Positions 1 through 12,817 of a stretch of DNA of 64,000 bases are shown one piece after another. The stretch covers positions 459,482,001 through 459,546,000 of the forward strand of contig NC_091287.1 of the NCBI RefSeq assembly GCF_032444005.1, in the 5' to 3' direction. Made by a program: the position numbers and the translations under genes. Every line of letters begins with the position of its first letter. Position 1 is the first letter of the stretch. The DNA comes from Ranitomeya imitator. Its lineage: Eukaryota. The notes beneath the pieces were generated by a model, which was not told where the DNA came from, made no database searches, and saw only the letters and a list, made by a program, of their open reading frames with translations.

Positions 1-605
1 AGTCCTCCAAACATTATACAGGCCACACAGTGCTGCATAGAGTATAATGTGCAAAACATAGTGCTGCATACAGTAAAATGACCTTAGATAGTGCTCCATA
101 CAGTATAATGGCCTCACATAGTCCTCCATACAGTATAATAGCCCCACATAGTCCTCCATACAGTATAACAGCACCACATAGTCCTCCATACAGAATACAG
201 GCCACAGTGCCGCATCCAGTATAATGTGCCCAACATAGTGCTGCATACAGTATAATGACCTCATATAGTGCTCCGTACAGTGTAATAGGCCCACATAGTG
301 CTTCATACAGCATAGTAGGCCCCACGTAAGAACAAAAAATACTCCCCTCTGCCCGTTCCCCCGCTGCTTCGGTCTCTTCAGATCCCCTGCACATCTCGGT
401 ACAACGGGTGCATTGTAATAACGTCATCGCGCCCGCTGCACTGAGACGTCAGACACAGAGGGTGATGCTCCTTGCGCCATCATTGCTGTCAACTGTATGT
501 GCACCTAGGATGCCGATATAGTTGAAAGTGCGATACCGGGTGGGGTGACGCGCCTGGTGTTGCAGACCAAATAAACTCACTCTGCGGGCCAGAGTTTGAC
601 ATATG
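1..605. mobile_element. Right part of a non-autonomous DNA element (hAT-like end) with internal degenerate ~20-bp tandem repeats (1-330)
   Basis: Repeated GTCCTCCATACAGTATAAT-like units at 1-330; ends in GCGGGCCAGAGTTTGACATATG, whose reverse complement resembles hAT-type CAxxxGTCAAACT termini. Left end lies outside the window. Confidence 0.4.
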
Positions 606-1210
606 TGATATAAAGCATAAGATCAACAGTGTTCCAAAGTATACCAGCCTAAGCATGCCAATAAGAGTTCCATCACTAATTTCTGCTACATTGGGTGATT
701 ACAGGATTTTATTATGACTTGGTCTGTAAAATCCATAAAAAAAAATCTACATTGTGGCCACCAGGTAGAACAGAATCCCGTGGACATGTTCGCTAGATTG
801 ATTTATTTCATTATACCATAACATATACCTCCGGTTTCAAACTGACTGTCTATTAGGATGAGATAATCCAACTTTTACAAACCGTATTGTCTCCCCTTAC
901 TCTGGTTTGCTTCCGTCAGTGGTGATGGTGGCTCGTATACAATAGCGTTCTTTGCTGCTGGACCCCTGTCTTCCATCATTACCGATGTCCACAGCATTCT
1001 ACATATATGTGTGATACCATCGTCACATTTCTCTAATGTTCATGTCTTTTGTATACAACTGGTTTATTATGTTTTTACTGATTAATAAAGATAATAAATG
1101 TGATATTTTCTGTCCGGCATTTCTCTTTTTCTGCTTTAGTGATGTGAAATGCAGTACGGAGATATATTTATCATGTGTCTAACAGGTATAATAGTAATAC
1201 ATTGTCTAAT

Positions 1211-2742
1211 GGGTGGATGACAAACTCACATTTAGTGGCCAGTGTCAGGCAGCTGCTACAAAAGGTAAATAAAATAATGGCATGCATTAAAAGAGGCATA
1301 GATGCTCATGAGGAGAACATAATTTTACCTCTATACAAGTCACTAGTTCGACCACACGTAGAATACTGTGCACAGTTCTGGTCTCCGGTGTATAAGAAAG
1401 ACATAGCTGAACTAGAGCGGGTGCAGAGAAGAGCGACTAAGATTATTAGAGGACTGGGGGGTCTGCAATACCAAGATAGGTTTTTACACTTGGGGCTATT
1501 TAGTTTGGAAAAACGAAGACTAAGGGGTGATCTTATGTTAATGTATAAATATATGAGGGGGCAGTACAAAGACCTTTCTGATGATCTTTTTAATCATAGA
1601 CCTGAAAGCGGGACAAGGGGGCATCCTCTGCGTTTGGAGGAAAAAAGGTTTAAGCATAATAACAGACGCAGATTCTTTACTGTAAGAGCAGTGAGGCTAT
1701 GTTCACACGTTCCTGATTTCCCTCCTTTTTTTCAGGACTAAAAACCGCAGCTCTTTGCAGAAAACGCAGGTCCTTTTTTTGGTGCTTTTTTGGTGCATTT
1801 TTTGATGCAGTTTTCTATGCAGAGAGTCTGTGTGTTTTCTAGGAAGTTTTTTAGGTTAAAATGGCTGAAAATACCCTAACCCTACCCCTAACCCTATTCT
1901 AACCTTAGTGAAAAAAATTTTTTTTTTAATTTTTTTATTGTCCCTACCTATGGGGGTGACAAAGGGGGGGGGGGGGGTCATTTACTATTTTTTTTATTTT
2001 GATCAGAGATATAACCTGTCGGAGCACGGGGGGGGGGCATCGGAGCATGGGGGGGTGGGATTGGGGCACGGGGGGGGGGGGGCAGCCACACTGCAGCGGT
2101 TCTGCACCACAAACCGCAGAAAACCCGCAGATATTTTTTTCATCTGCGGGTTTTACTGCGGGTTTGACCTCACAATGGAGGTCTATGGGTGCAGAACCGC
2201 TGCAGTTCCGCAAAAAGAAGTGACATGGTACTTCTATTTTACCGCGGCTATTCAGCGCGGCTTTTTTCGCGATTTTCCGCAATGTGGGCACAGCAGTTCC
2301 TGTTTTCCATAGGGTACATTGTACTGTACCCTGCATGGAAAACAGCTGCGGACCCGCAGCGGGAAAATCGCGGCGATTCCGCATGAAAAAAAGGATGGTG
2401 TGAACATGGCCTGAGACTATGGAGCTCTCTGCCGTATGATGTTGTAATGAGTGATTCATTACTTAAATTTAAGAGGGGACTGGATACCTTTCTGGAAAAG
2501 TATAATGTTACAGGGTATATACACTAGATTCCTTGATAGGGCGTTGATCCAGGGAACTAGTCTGATTGCCGTATGTGGAGTCGGGAAGGAATTTTTTCCC
2601 CAATGTGGAGCTTACTCTTGCCACATGGGTTTTTTTTGCCTTCCTCTGGATCAACATGTTAGGGCATGTTAGGTTAGGCTTTGGGTTGAACTAGATGGAC
2701 TTATAGTCTTCCTTCAACCTTAATAACTATGTAACTATGTAA
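1211..2742 (+). mobile_element. 5'-truncated CR1 LINE (ORF2 C-terminus plus 3' UTR), interrupted by a MITE at 1695-2411
   Basis: Translation LYKSLVRPHVEYCAQFWSP...LERVQRRATK...LFSLEKRRLRGDL...RRRFFTVRAV resumes after the MITE as RLWSSLPYDVVMSDSLLKFKRGLDTFLEKY (stop 2525-2527). Ends in the (TAACTATG)n tail typical of CR1. Confidence 0.93.
1695..2411. mobile_element. PIF/Harbinger-type MITE inserted in the CR1
   Basis: TIRs GGCTATGTTCACAC / GTGTGAACATGGCC; 3-bp duplication TGA at 1692-1694 and 2412-2414; removing it restores the CR1 frame. Confidence 0.88.
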
Positions 2743-2784
2743 GTAGTTACCACATCAATAGTTTTCTATTAAGCTTTACATATC

Positions 2785-3598
2785 TGTTGTGAATTCTGTG
2801 GCAGAGCTCCCTCCTGTGGTCACAAGTGGTACTTCGGCTGATTCTCTCTGTGAGCTTCCGTTGGTGGAGGAAAGTGGTACTGCGGCTTCTGAGTTTCCTT
2901 CCTCAGGTGATGTGGTGAAGTCGTTAGGTGCTGCTCTATTTAACTCCACCTAGTGCTTTGATCCTGGCCTCCAGTCAATGTTCTAGTATTGGACCTGTTT
3001 CCTCCTGGATCGTTCCTGTGGCCTGCTGCTCTGCATAGCTAAGTTCTGCTTTTGCTTTTTGTTTGCTGTTTTTTTCTGTCCAGCTTGCTTATTTGTTTTC
3101 TCATGCTTGCTGGAAGCTCTGGGACGCAGAAGGTGTACCTCCGTGCTGTTAGTTCGGTACGGAGGGTCTTTTTGCCCCCTTTGCGTGGTTGTTTGTAGGG
3201 TTTTGTGTTGACCGCAAAGTTACCTTTCCTATCCTCGCTCTGTTCAGAAAGTCGGGCCTCACTTTGCTAAATCTATTTCATCTCTACGTTTGTCTTTTCA
3301 TCTTAACTCACAGTCATTATATGTGGGGGCTGCCTTTTCCTTTGGGGTATTTCTCTGAGGCAAGGTAGGCTTATTTTCTATCTTCAGGCTAGCTAGTTTC
3401 TCAGGCTGTGCCGAGTTGCATAGGGAGCGTTAGGCGCAATCCACGGCTGCCTCTAGTGTGGTTGGAGAGGATTAGGGATTGCGGTCAGCAGAGTTTCCAC
3501 GTCTCAGAGCTCGTTCTATGTTTTTGGGTTATTGTCAGGTCACTGTATGTGCTCTGACTCCTATGTCCATTGTGGTACTGAATTACCAGATCATGACA
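2785..3598 (+). mobile_element. Solo LTR (814 bp)
   Basis: TGTTGTGA...TCATGACA termini; flanking CATATC duplicated (2779-2784, 3599-3604); homologous to 44124-44916. Confidence 0.85.
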
Positions 3599-4509
3599 CA
3601 TATCTGATGAAGTTGGTGTATTTACTTTAAACATCCATGTCAGAATTAATGTATAATCCGGATATTAAGATGAGCATTTTAGAAGTACAACTATTGAGTG
3701 AAATGGCACATGAGTTCATTTCTGCCCACACAGCCTGACTGACAGCTGCATCTTGTACTGAGCAGTGTGAGATCACAGCAGGGAGGAGGGACATTGAGGT
3801 TCTGTCAATCAGACTATGCGGGAAGAGATACACCAACTTCACCAGGTCTAAGATCTATTTAATAATGTATGCATTGAGCATTTTTTCAACAAGTCATCGT
3901 TATGGAGGTTTTAGGAGATGACATTATTGATGGCCTAGCTTAGTTGGAGAGAGAGTGACTCTACAGCCCTGCGGCAGTGCCCGTGTTGACATTGCAGTGT
4001 CTTCAAACAGCTCAGGATAGTCCATTAATGTTGTGATCACAGAAAAACCCTCCAGTTAAACTGAAAACCAAAATGGATCCAGAGGCCTGTGATATTGGCA
4101 AAAATAACAAGACTTAAGAATTTGGCCATCATGACCGTAAATGAAACAGTGATTTTCTTTTAATCTGCAAGGCTACTGAAGCCAAACATCTCCTATTTAT
4201 TCAGAGAAAATCATCTTTTATTCACATTGGTGGTACAATTTCCATTAGGGTTATGATAATGCTTATCATTAGCATTTCTTAACATGCCAATTTATTACAT
4301 CCCGCACATACTCCTCCACTTGCCTCTAAAGATCTCCTGGTAACAATTACTATGCTGAGAGCATTTATCTTCCATCATCATTATGCTCAGCAATCACTCA
4401 GGAGGAAGCAAGTCATTTATCTGCAACATAAAGGCCCGTCATAGCACGCAACAAACACAATTACGGATGGTGCAAAACTAGTCAAGCGTGTGACCAGGAC
4501 CAAAGCAAC

Positions 4510-5068
4510 GTCGGAGGATGCTCCTGATCAGATCATTGTCGGAGGATGCTCCAGATCAGATCATTGTCGGAGGATGCTCCTGATCAGATCATTGTCGGAG
4601 GATGCTCCAGATCTGATCATTGTCGGAGGATGCTCCTGACCAGATCATTGTCGGAGGATGCTCCTGACCAGATCATTGTCGGAGGATGCTCCAGATCAGA
4701 TCATTGTCGGAGGATGCTCTTGACCAGATCATTGTCGGAGGATGCTCCTGACCAGATCATTGTCGGAGGATGCTCCAGATCAGATCATTGTCGGAGGATG
4801 CTCCTGACCAGATCATTGTCGGAGGATGCTCCTGACCAGATCATTGTCGGAGGATGCTCCAGATCAGATCATTGTCGGAGGATGCTCCTGACCAGATCAT
4901 TGTCGGAGGATGCTCCAGATCAGATCATTGTCGGAGGATACTCCAGATCAGATCATTGTCGGAGGATGCTCCAGATCAGATCATTGTTGGAGGATGCTCC
5001 TGACCAGATCATTGTCGGAGGATGCTCCAGATCAGATCATTGTCGGAGGATGCTCCCCTGACCAGATC
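4510..5068. repeat. 28-bp minisatellite, ~20 copies
   Basis: Unit GTCGGAGGATGCTCCAGATCAGATCATT with variants; explains the repetitive ORFs at 4546-5258. Confidence 0.95.
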
Positions 5069-5802
5069 TTTGGGTTGGGGCGCCATTTATTCTACTCTGT
5101 GGAGATATCAAGAATCAACAACTTATTCACAATGCTCAGAAATTAAGGGATTTACAGCTACTCAACGCATCCCTATGGTCAGAGATTTCATACGGTCTAG
5201 ATGCATCCAGAGCCCTGATCACATAAGTCTATATATTCTCTTTATGTATTATCCATGAATACATCCATTCATCACAGCTATAATAACCTCTCAGCGCTGA
5301 AAAAGTCCAACTATTAATTTCAATTTGTACATAACTTAATTAAATGGATTATAAAAGTGAATGCAGGGTATGTGGGTGCTATGATTAATTAACACTCCTA
5401 GATACCGTAATTACATTTTTGTAACAAATAGGTAACCCAGCTGGAAATGTGCCAATCTACAAACATTATAATAGTAGTAAAATATAACAACTAAGAATGC
5501 TTTCTGCTAGGCCATGTTCACATGAGTGCATAAAATAATTGTCCGATTTTCATCCATCAAAAAGGACATCCGTATGGTGTGCATTTTCATACATCAGCAG
5601 ATGATAACATATACAAGACTAAATACAGTAAGAACTGCAATGCATCTGTAAAAAACGGGTGCTTTATGGCTGATGTGTATTGGACCCAATTTTTTTTGCC
5701 CATCCATAGACTTGAATGGGCGAGTCTCGTTTGAAACATGGAGGAGACTAGTGCATGCTGTGATCTTTTTTCAAGTAGATATTCGGTCCGTGTGAAAAAA
5801 AT

Positions 5803-6328
5803 GGTCTAGTGCTGATCTGAACAGCCCTACTGAGGGCCATTGGTCTAGTGCTGATCTGGACAGCCCTACTGAGGGCCATTGGTCTAGTGCTGATCTGGAC
5901 AGCCCTACTGAGGGCCATTGGTCTAGTGCTGATCTGGACAGCCTTACTGAGAGCCATTGGTCTAGTGCTGATCTGGACAGCCCTACTGAGGGCCATTGGA
6001 CGAGTGCTGATCTGGACAGCCCTACTGAGAGCCATTGGACGAGTGCTGATCTGAACAGCCCTACTCAGCCCTACTCAGGGCTATTGGACGAGTGCTGATC
6101 TGAACAGCCCTACTGAGAGCCATTGGTCTAGTGCTGATCTGGACAGCCTTACTGAGAGCCATTGGTCTAGTGCTGATCTGGACAGCCCTACTGAGGGCCA
6201 TTGGTCTAGTGCTGATCTGGACAGCCCTACTGAGTGCCATTGGTCTAGTGCTGATCTGAACAGCCCTACTGAGTGCCATTGGTCTAGTGCTGATCTGAAC
6301 AGCCTTACTGAGGGCCATTGGTCTAGTG
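5803..6328. repeat. 39-bp minisatellite, ~13 copies
   Basis: Unit GGTCTAGTGCTGATCTGGACAGCCCTACTGAGGGCCATT. Confidence 0.95.
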
Positions 6329-6384
6329 TGGTGCATGTCAGTTTTTTTTTATAGACAGTACTGGTACTGAAAATATGGTTGCAA

Positions 6385-6521
6385 TTTTCTGGATTTTTTC
6401 TTTAGATTCTGTCTCTCACAGTTAAAGTGTACCTCCAATAACAATTACAGACCTCTCCATTCTTTGTGGGTGGGAAAATAAGCAAAATTGGCAGAATATC
6501 AAATACTTATTTTCCCCACTG
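6385..6521. mobile_element. Isolated Tc1 terminal inverted-repeat remnant
   Basis: Ends AAATACTTATTTTCCCCACTG followed by TA; resembles the IR of the element at 40336-41942. Confidence 0.65.
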
Positions 6522-6540
6522 TACATCAGAAGACTATGTA

Positions 6541-8119
6541 CAGTTGAAACCAGAAGCTTACATACACTATATACAAAGACACATATGCATGTTTTTCTCA
6601 ATATCTGACATGAAATCAGTTTAAACCTTTCTCATTTTAGGTCAATTAGGATTACCACAATTATTATTATTTGCCAAATGACAGAATAATGAGAGAGAGA
6701 GGGTTTTAAGGCATTTTTATTACTGCAAAGTCAAAAGATTACATACATCTCATTAGTATTTGGTACCATTGACCTTAAACTGAATGACTTAGGTCAAACA
6801 TTTGGGATATCCTTCCACAAGCTTCTCACAGTAGTTGGTTGGAATTTGGGCCCATTCCTCCTGACAAAACTGGTGTAACTGATCCAGGTTTGTTGGTCGC
6901 CTTGCTCGCTCCTGCCTTTTTCAGCTTTGCCCATAAATTTTCAATAGCATTGAGATCGGGGCTTTGTGATAGCTCCACCAAAAAATTCACTTTGTTATCC
7001 TTAAGCCACTTTGTTACCATTTTGGCAGTATGCTTTGGTTCATTGTCCATTTGGAAGACCCATTTCACCCCAGCTTTAACTTCCTGGCTGATGTATCGAG
7101 ATGTTGCTTCAGTATTTCCACATAATCTTCTTCTCTCATGATGCCATCTATTTTGTGAAGTACACCAGTCCCCCCCCGCAGCAAAACAACCCCACAACAT
7201 GAAGCTGCCACCCCGTGTTCACAGTTGGGATGATGTTATTTGGCTTCCAAGCTTCTTCCTTTTTCCTCCAAACGTTACAATGGTCATTGTGCCCAAAAAG
7301 TTCAATTTTAGTTTCATCAGACCACAGTAAGTCTCCAAAATTTAAGATCTTTGTTCCTGTCTGCATTTGCAATCATCAATCTGGCTTTTTTATGTTTCTT
7401 TTGGAGTAATAGCTTCTTCCTGGCAGAGTGGCTTTTCGGCACATGTTGATACAGTACTCGTTTCACAGTGGATATTGACACAATCTTACCAGCTTCCAAC
7501 ATCCATCTTCACAAGGTCTTTTGCTTTTGTCCCTGGGTTGATATGCACATGTCAGACCAAAGCACATTTATCTCTGGGACACAGAACTCGTCTCCCCCCT
7601 GAGCGGTATGATGGCTGGACATTCCCATCTTGTTTGTATAGATGAACAAGGCACCTTCAGGCATCTTGAAATTATACCCAAGGAAGAGCCAGACTTGTGC
7701 AAGTCCACAATTCTCTTCCTGATATCTTGGCTGATTTCTTGAGACTTTCCCATGATGCTACACAAATAAGCAGTGTTTCAGGTGTGCATTAAAAGACATC
7801 CACAGGTGTGTCTCTAATTAACTCAGATGGTTCCAAAAACATATCAGAAACTTCCAAACACATGACATCACATGGGCAGTACAGAAGTCATATTAATCTT
7901 AGTGTATGTAAATTTTTGACGTTGCAGCAAGTAATAAAAATGCCTTAAGACATTCTCTCTCTTTCTCTCATTATTCTGGCATTTGGCAAATATGAATAAT
8001 TATGTTAATCCTAATTGACCTAAAATGGGAAAGGTTTAGTGTGATTTAATGTCAGATAATGAGAAAAACATGCATATGTGTCTTTTTATATACTGTATGT
8101 AAACGTCTGGTTTCAACTG
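6541..8119 (-). mobile_element. Sleeping Beauty-like Tc1 transposon with a degraded transposase
   Basis: TA-flanked CAGTTGAAACCAGAAG / GTCTGGTTTCAACTG ends with ~200-bp IRs; minus-strand MGKSQEISQDIRKRIVDLHKSGSSLG (ATG 7753), WSDETKIELFGHND, DNEPKH and SPDLNAIENLW lie in shifted frames. Confidence 0.92.
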
Positions 8120-8513
8120 TATATGAATGAGAGAACGCTGAGATATGATGTGAACAGAGCCTACTTCTTTTCCAGTAAAGATGTCGGATTGGAGTGTGAT
8201 TAGCATAATCGGACCGATTTTCTCAGATGAGAGAAAACATGGTGGTGTGACTGTAATGACCAGAGGTCCGAATAAGATCCAGTGAGTCACAAACCAAGAC
8301 CAAGGCAGAAATCTCCAACGGTATTTACTCAAAGGCAAATTAATCAAGGTAATATGGAGAATATTAAGGCAGATGCACCCCAAAGATACACTAATTCAGC
8401 AGCAGCTGAAATCACTGTGCCACTCAAAGGTCTCCTGAGAACTGTGTACTACAACAGACTAGTAAGAAATTTACCTAACAGGCAACTAAAAACAGGAACA
8501 AGTGTAAATTGAA

Positions 8514-9302
8514 TGTAGTGTTATTAAGGGAGCCCCTGGAATGGCACATTGAGTATAACTTACACAACTCTAATATAAGATACACCTCTAAAGTAACAAT
8601 TTAACACTCTGAGCAGAGATACACGGGTATCTATAACTATGGTACCGTATCCTGAGATAGATTTCCTCTCAGGCAGGAATCCGCAGAGGCTGTAGCCAGT
8701 TCATATCTTCAGCGCCAATAAGTTACAGCAAGCTCCTCTTGTCTTGTCGGCCGATGCCGAGCCCAAACGCCGGGGACTTAGTTAGTGGTCTCACGATGTT
8801 GTCTCTGCTTCTGTAGCTCCTAGGAATGGTTCCACGACAATCCGTCCGTCTCTGTATCAGCAGTCTGTCCAGACTTGTTCCTCCACTCAATGCACAGGGA
8901 ATCCACAGACTTCCAAATTCGTACTGGGTTCTTAGCAAAGTCTCCGTCTTTTCTTAGATAAAGGGTTAGCTCCTCTCCAGGAAACGTTAGCAACACAAGT
9001 CTCTCACAGAGTTAAACAAAAGGTTAGCTCTTCTCCAGGGGAACGTTAGCAACAAAAAGTCTCTCAAAAGCTTCTTTTCCTCCAAAAACACTTGCAGTAA
9101 ATCCACACAGTCTCTTTTTAAGATCTCACAGCAGCTTCTCCTTTTCTTCCCGCCTTTTCTCTCTCAGCTCTCACTTCCTACTTTCACTTTACACTCGAGA
9201 CACTAGACCCCACCCCGCAGCACACATTGTCTCTGGGAGGTCTGTCCTCTGCTGCAACAGGCAAAAACCACAGGGTCCTAGTGCCCTCTCAGTGGGACTA
9301 CA
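8514..9302 (-). mobile_element. Probable solo LTR
   Basis: TGTAGT...ACTACA terminal inverted hexamer, ~790 bp, internal ~60-bp direct duplication (8960-9070). No target-site duplication found. Confidence 0.45.
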
Positions 9303-9691
9303 GTTCACCCTCTTACATGACCATAAGTCTGGCCATACACATTGCATGGCCAAAGTATCTTTTGGCCAACAGTGATCTCAGCTGACTATTTTACACAGGA
9401 GTGCTTGCTTGGCCTAGCGTTACTGTGTTTTCTCTATGAGAAACAGTCTGTAGACACGTTGGCAGGTGTGTTCTTTCCAGGAGAACCATGCGATTGGCAG
9501 TCCGACCACGAACGTCATCTCCCCGAACATCAGTCGGCCGGAGTCCTCATACACATTAGACCATAGGAGGAACTCCTTGAGATCAGCAGTTTCAGCCAAC
9601 TTTAGCCTCACCTGTCTGAGGACCCTAACAAACACTTTAATCTGATGGCCTGCCCTAAACATAGGCCAATACTGGATCCCAATGAGCTTTA

Positions 9692-10100
9692 GGGTATGTG
9701 CACACGTAGCGAATTTGGCTATGGATCTGCAGTGGATTGGCTTTGTGGATTCGCAGCAGTTTTCCATGCGGTATACACTATACAGTACCATGTAAACCTA
9801 TGGAAAATGCATTCCGCAGTGCCCATGCTGTGGAAAATACAGCGCGGAAACGCTGCGGTTTATTTTATTATAAACCACAGCATGTCAATTCTTTGTGCGG
9901 ACTCCGCAGCATTTTACACCTGCTCCTCAATAGGAATCCGCAGGTGTAAAAACGCAGGTGAAATCCGCTCAAAAAACGCAGGAAATCTGCGGTAAAACTG
10001 CGGGCAATCCGCAGGTAAAATGCAGTGTGTTTTACCTGCGGATTTTTCAAAAACTGAGTGGAAAAATCCGCACAAAAATCCGCAACGTGGGCACATAGCC
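9692..10100. mobile_element. PIF/Harbinger-type MITE (GGGTATGTGCACAC family)
   Basis: TIRs GGGTATGTGCACACG / CGTGGGCACATAGCC; TTA on both sides. Confidence 0.85.
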
Positions 10101-10214
10101 TTATATGTCAGATCCGCAGATCCAGGTGTCAATATAAGGTTTAGGAAGGAATACTGTCATTTTAGTTCTAATAATGGTAGCTAATAAATGTAAGAATCGT
10201 GTGACTACACACAT

Positions 10215-10990
10215 GCGCTGTTACATGCCAGTATGTCCGCCATCTAGTCCTGTTACACGCCAACATGTCCGCCGTCTAGTCCTGTTACATGCCAACATGT
10301 CCACGTGTAGTCCTGTTACATGCCAACATGTCCACAGTCTAGTCCTGATACATGCCAACATGTCTGCCATCTAGTCCTGTTACACACCAACATGTCTGCC
10401 GTCTAGTCCTGTTACACGCCAACATGTCCGCCGTCTAGTCCTGTTACACGCCAACATGTCTGCCGTCTAGTCCTGTTACATGCCAACATGTCTGCCGTCT
10501 AGTCCTGTTACACGCCAACATGTCCGCCGTCTAGTCTTGTTACATGCCAACATGTCCACGTCTAGTCCTGTTACATGCCAACATGTCCGCCGTCTAGTCT
10601 TGTTACATGCCAACATGTCCACGTCTAGTCCTGTTACATGCCAACATGTCCACCGTCTAGTCCTGATACATGCCAACATGTCTGCCATCTAGTCCTGTTA
10701 CACGCCAACATGTCCGCCGTCTAGTCTTGTTACATGCCAACATGTCTGCCGTCTAGTCCTGTTACATGCCAACATGTCTGCCGTCTAGTCCTGTTACATG
10801 CCAACATGTCCACGTCTAGTCCTGTTACATGCCAACATGTCCGCCGTCTAGTCTTGTTACATGCCAACATGTCCGCCGTCTAGTCCTGTTACATGCCAAC
10901 ATGTCTGCCGTCTAGTCCTGTTACATGCCAACATGTCCACGTCTAGTCCTGTTACATGCCAACATGTCCGCCGTCTAGTCCTGATACACA
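10215..10990. repeat. 31/32-bp minisatellite, ~24 copies
   Basis: Units CTAGTCCTGTTACATGCCAACATGTCCGCCGT (32 bp) and ...GTCCACGT (31 bp). Confidence 0.95.
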
Positions 10991-11811
10991 GAAAATCACC
11001 CACATAACGAATAACAATTTACAAGCACACAAAAAAAATATGTCCAGCCGCAGTACTTTACAAGCCGTTTAGCCGCCATGAATTCCTGCTCGTGACCTTA
11101 CAAGCTGTCACATTCTATTAACGGTTATTAATAATATCTTCACACAATATCAGATTCAATACCCTTCTGTAATTTTCAGAGCGTATAGCATTAAAGCCTA
11201 TTATGGCACGGCTTGTGTCACTGACACCTCGTACACTGGGCCTGTATGTTGGGAACAAGGGTCTAATATCCCGCACAGACGAGAGCAATTTGCTCGATAA
11301 GAGACATATTATCCTGAATAACAAAGATTCTTTGTAAAGCGATATCAGCCATGATGGAGAGGAGATGTCTCTAAGCCATGGAATTATCTGAAGTATTAAA
11401 CATGGAGAAATCACGGAGAAAAAGCAAAACCCAGAACCCCCTAACACTAAACCAGATTCATTTTATCCAGAGATTGTTTCTTGTCAGAAATAAAAGGCCG
11501 TGTTCACACCTGGCGAACGTGCTGCTTTTGACACTTTGTGTGTGACATGCAGACCAAAAACGAAACACTTGGATACAGTCCAGAGCAAGCTAAAAACCAC
11601 AATGTTCAGGGCGTTTTTTTCCCCAGGTTGGGCTACATTACTATAAAAAAAAGCTTAAGTAACGGACACCATGACCATTTTAATGTATTTTGGGCTAAAA
11701 ATCATCTTTGCAACTGGGTTTCTTTAAAACTATTGCTCATTTTTCCTTCTATAGCCTCTTTGCTACACCGTCTAATGCAGGCTGCAGAATGAATTAACTG
11801 AGAAACTGTAA

Positions 11812-12128
11812 GGCTACGTTCACATTTGCGTTGTTGGGCGCAGCGTTGTCGATGCATACCGACGCATGCGTCATGCGCCCCTATCTTTAACATGGGGGGC
11901 GCATGGACATGCGCCGGTATGCGTTGTATTGCGTTTTATGATGCATGCGTCAATTTGAATCACCAGACAGGGCGCAGACGACGCTACTTGTAGCGTTTTC
12001 CCTGCGCCAAAATTCATGAACATTACTAGTTTATGTCAACGCATGCGTCAAAAAACGCAGCGTTGTGTATATGCGTCGTTGGTTGCGTCGACGACGCTGC
12101 GCCCATCAACGCAAATATGAACGTAGCC
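11812..12128. mobile_element. PIF/Harbinger-type MITE
   Basis: TIRs GGCTACGTTCACATTTGCG / CGCAAATATGAACGTAGCC; TAA and TTA flanks. Confidence 0.85.
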
Positions 12129-12817
12129 TTAGTGAGCTCTCGCTCTAATAGGAGAGTTTATTACCATTATTCTCCTTCTTGTTTTATTCAGCAAAGTTCA
12201 GCTCAACTTTCATGTGGTCATAAATGAGCTGTGAGAAGCTCAGTAAAATGAAGATCAGCGTTATATACTCTCCTGTGAGTCTGAGGTTACTGACGGATTC
12301 TTAGTGAACTCATTCTGCAGCCTGCAATAGGCAGTGCAACAGAGGCTGTAGAAGGCAAGTGGTGAAAGTATCAATGAAATCCAGCGGCAAAATGGATTTT
12401 CAGTCAAAAAATACATGCACTTTTTTTGTTTTACTTTTACCAAGAATATTATAAACATGTATCAATCCTAAGAAGCTCGATAATAGTTAGCAATCTCTAC
12501 CACAGCTCACAGTCCAGCACCAAACAAATATTAATGGTGGAGTTTTCAGACTTTTTTTTTGCTGGAAAACATCAAAGAAAAAGTAAATCACCCATGATTT
12601 CACTACTAGGATGAACAGCGCAGAATACAGGCAGAATAAGGACAGGGGACAGGTGTATGTATCTAAGTAAACAGTTTTAATTTTATTTTCGGTTAAAAAA
12701 AACCCAGGTGATTTTACATAACTTGTTTTATTTGAGACCAAATAAGGATCTACCTTGTGTCTGTGAAAGACACTGGAGCCAAAATACAGATACGTGAACA
12801 GATTTAGTTTGTATCTT

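Noticed and set aside
770-1135. AT-rich tail resembling a Penelope pLTR
   Set aside because: No hammerhead motif or boundary duplication visible.
4546-6336. Long repetitive ORFs (SLSEDAPDQIIVGG..., MALSRAVQISTRP...)
   Set aside because: They are translations of minisatellites with no splice or gene context.
11118-11447. 109-aa minus-strand ORF preceded by an acceptor-like TTCAG
   Set aside because: No resemblance to the expected next jph1 exon or to any protein I recognise; no donor found.
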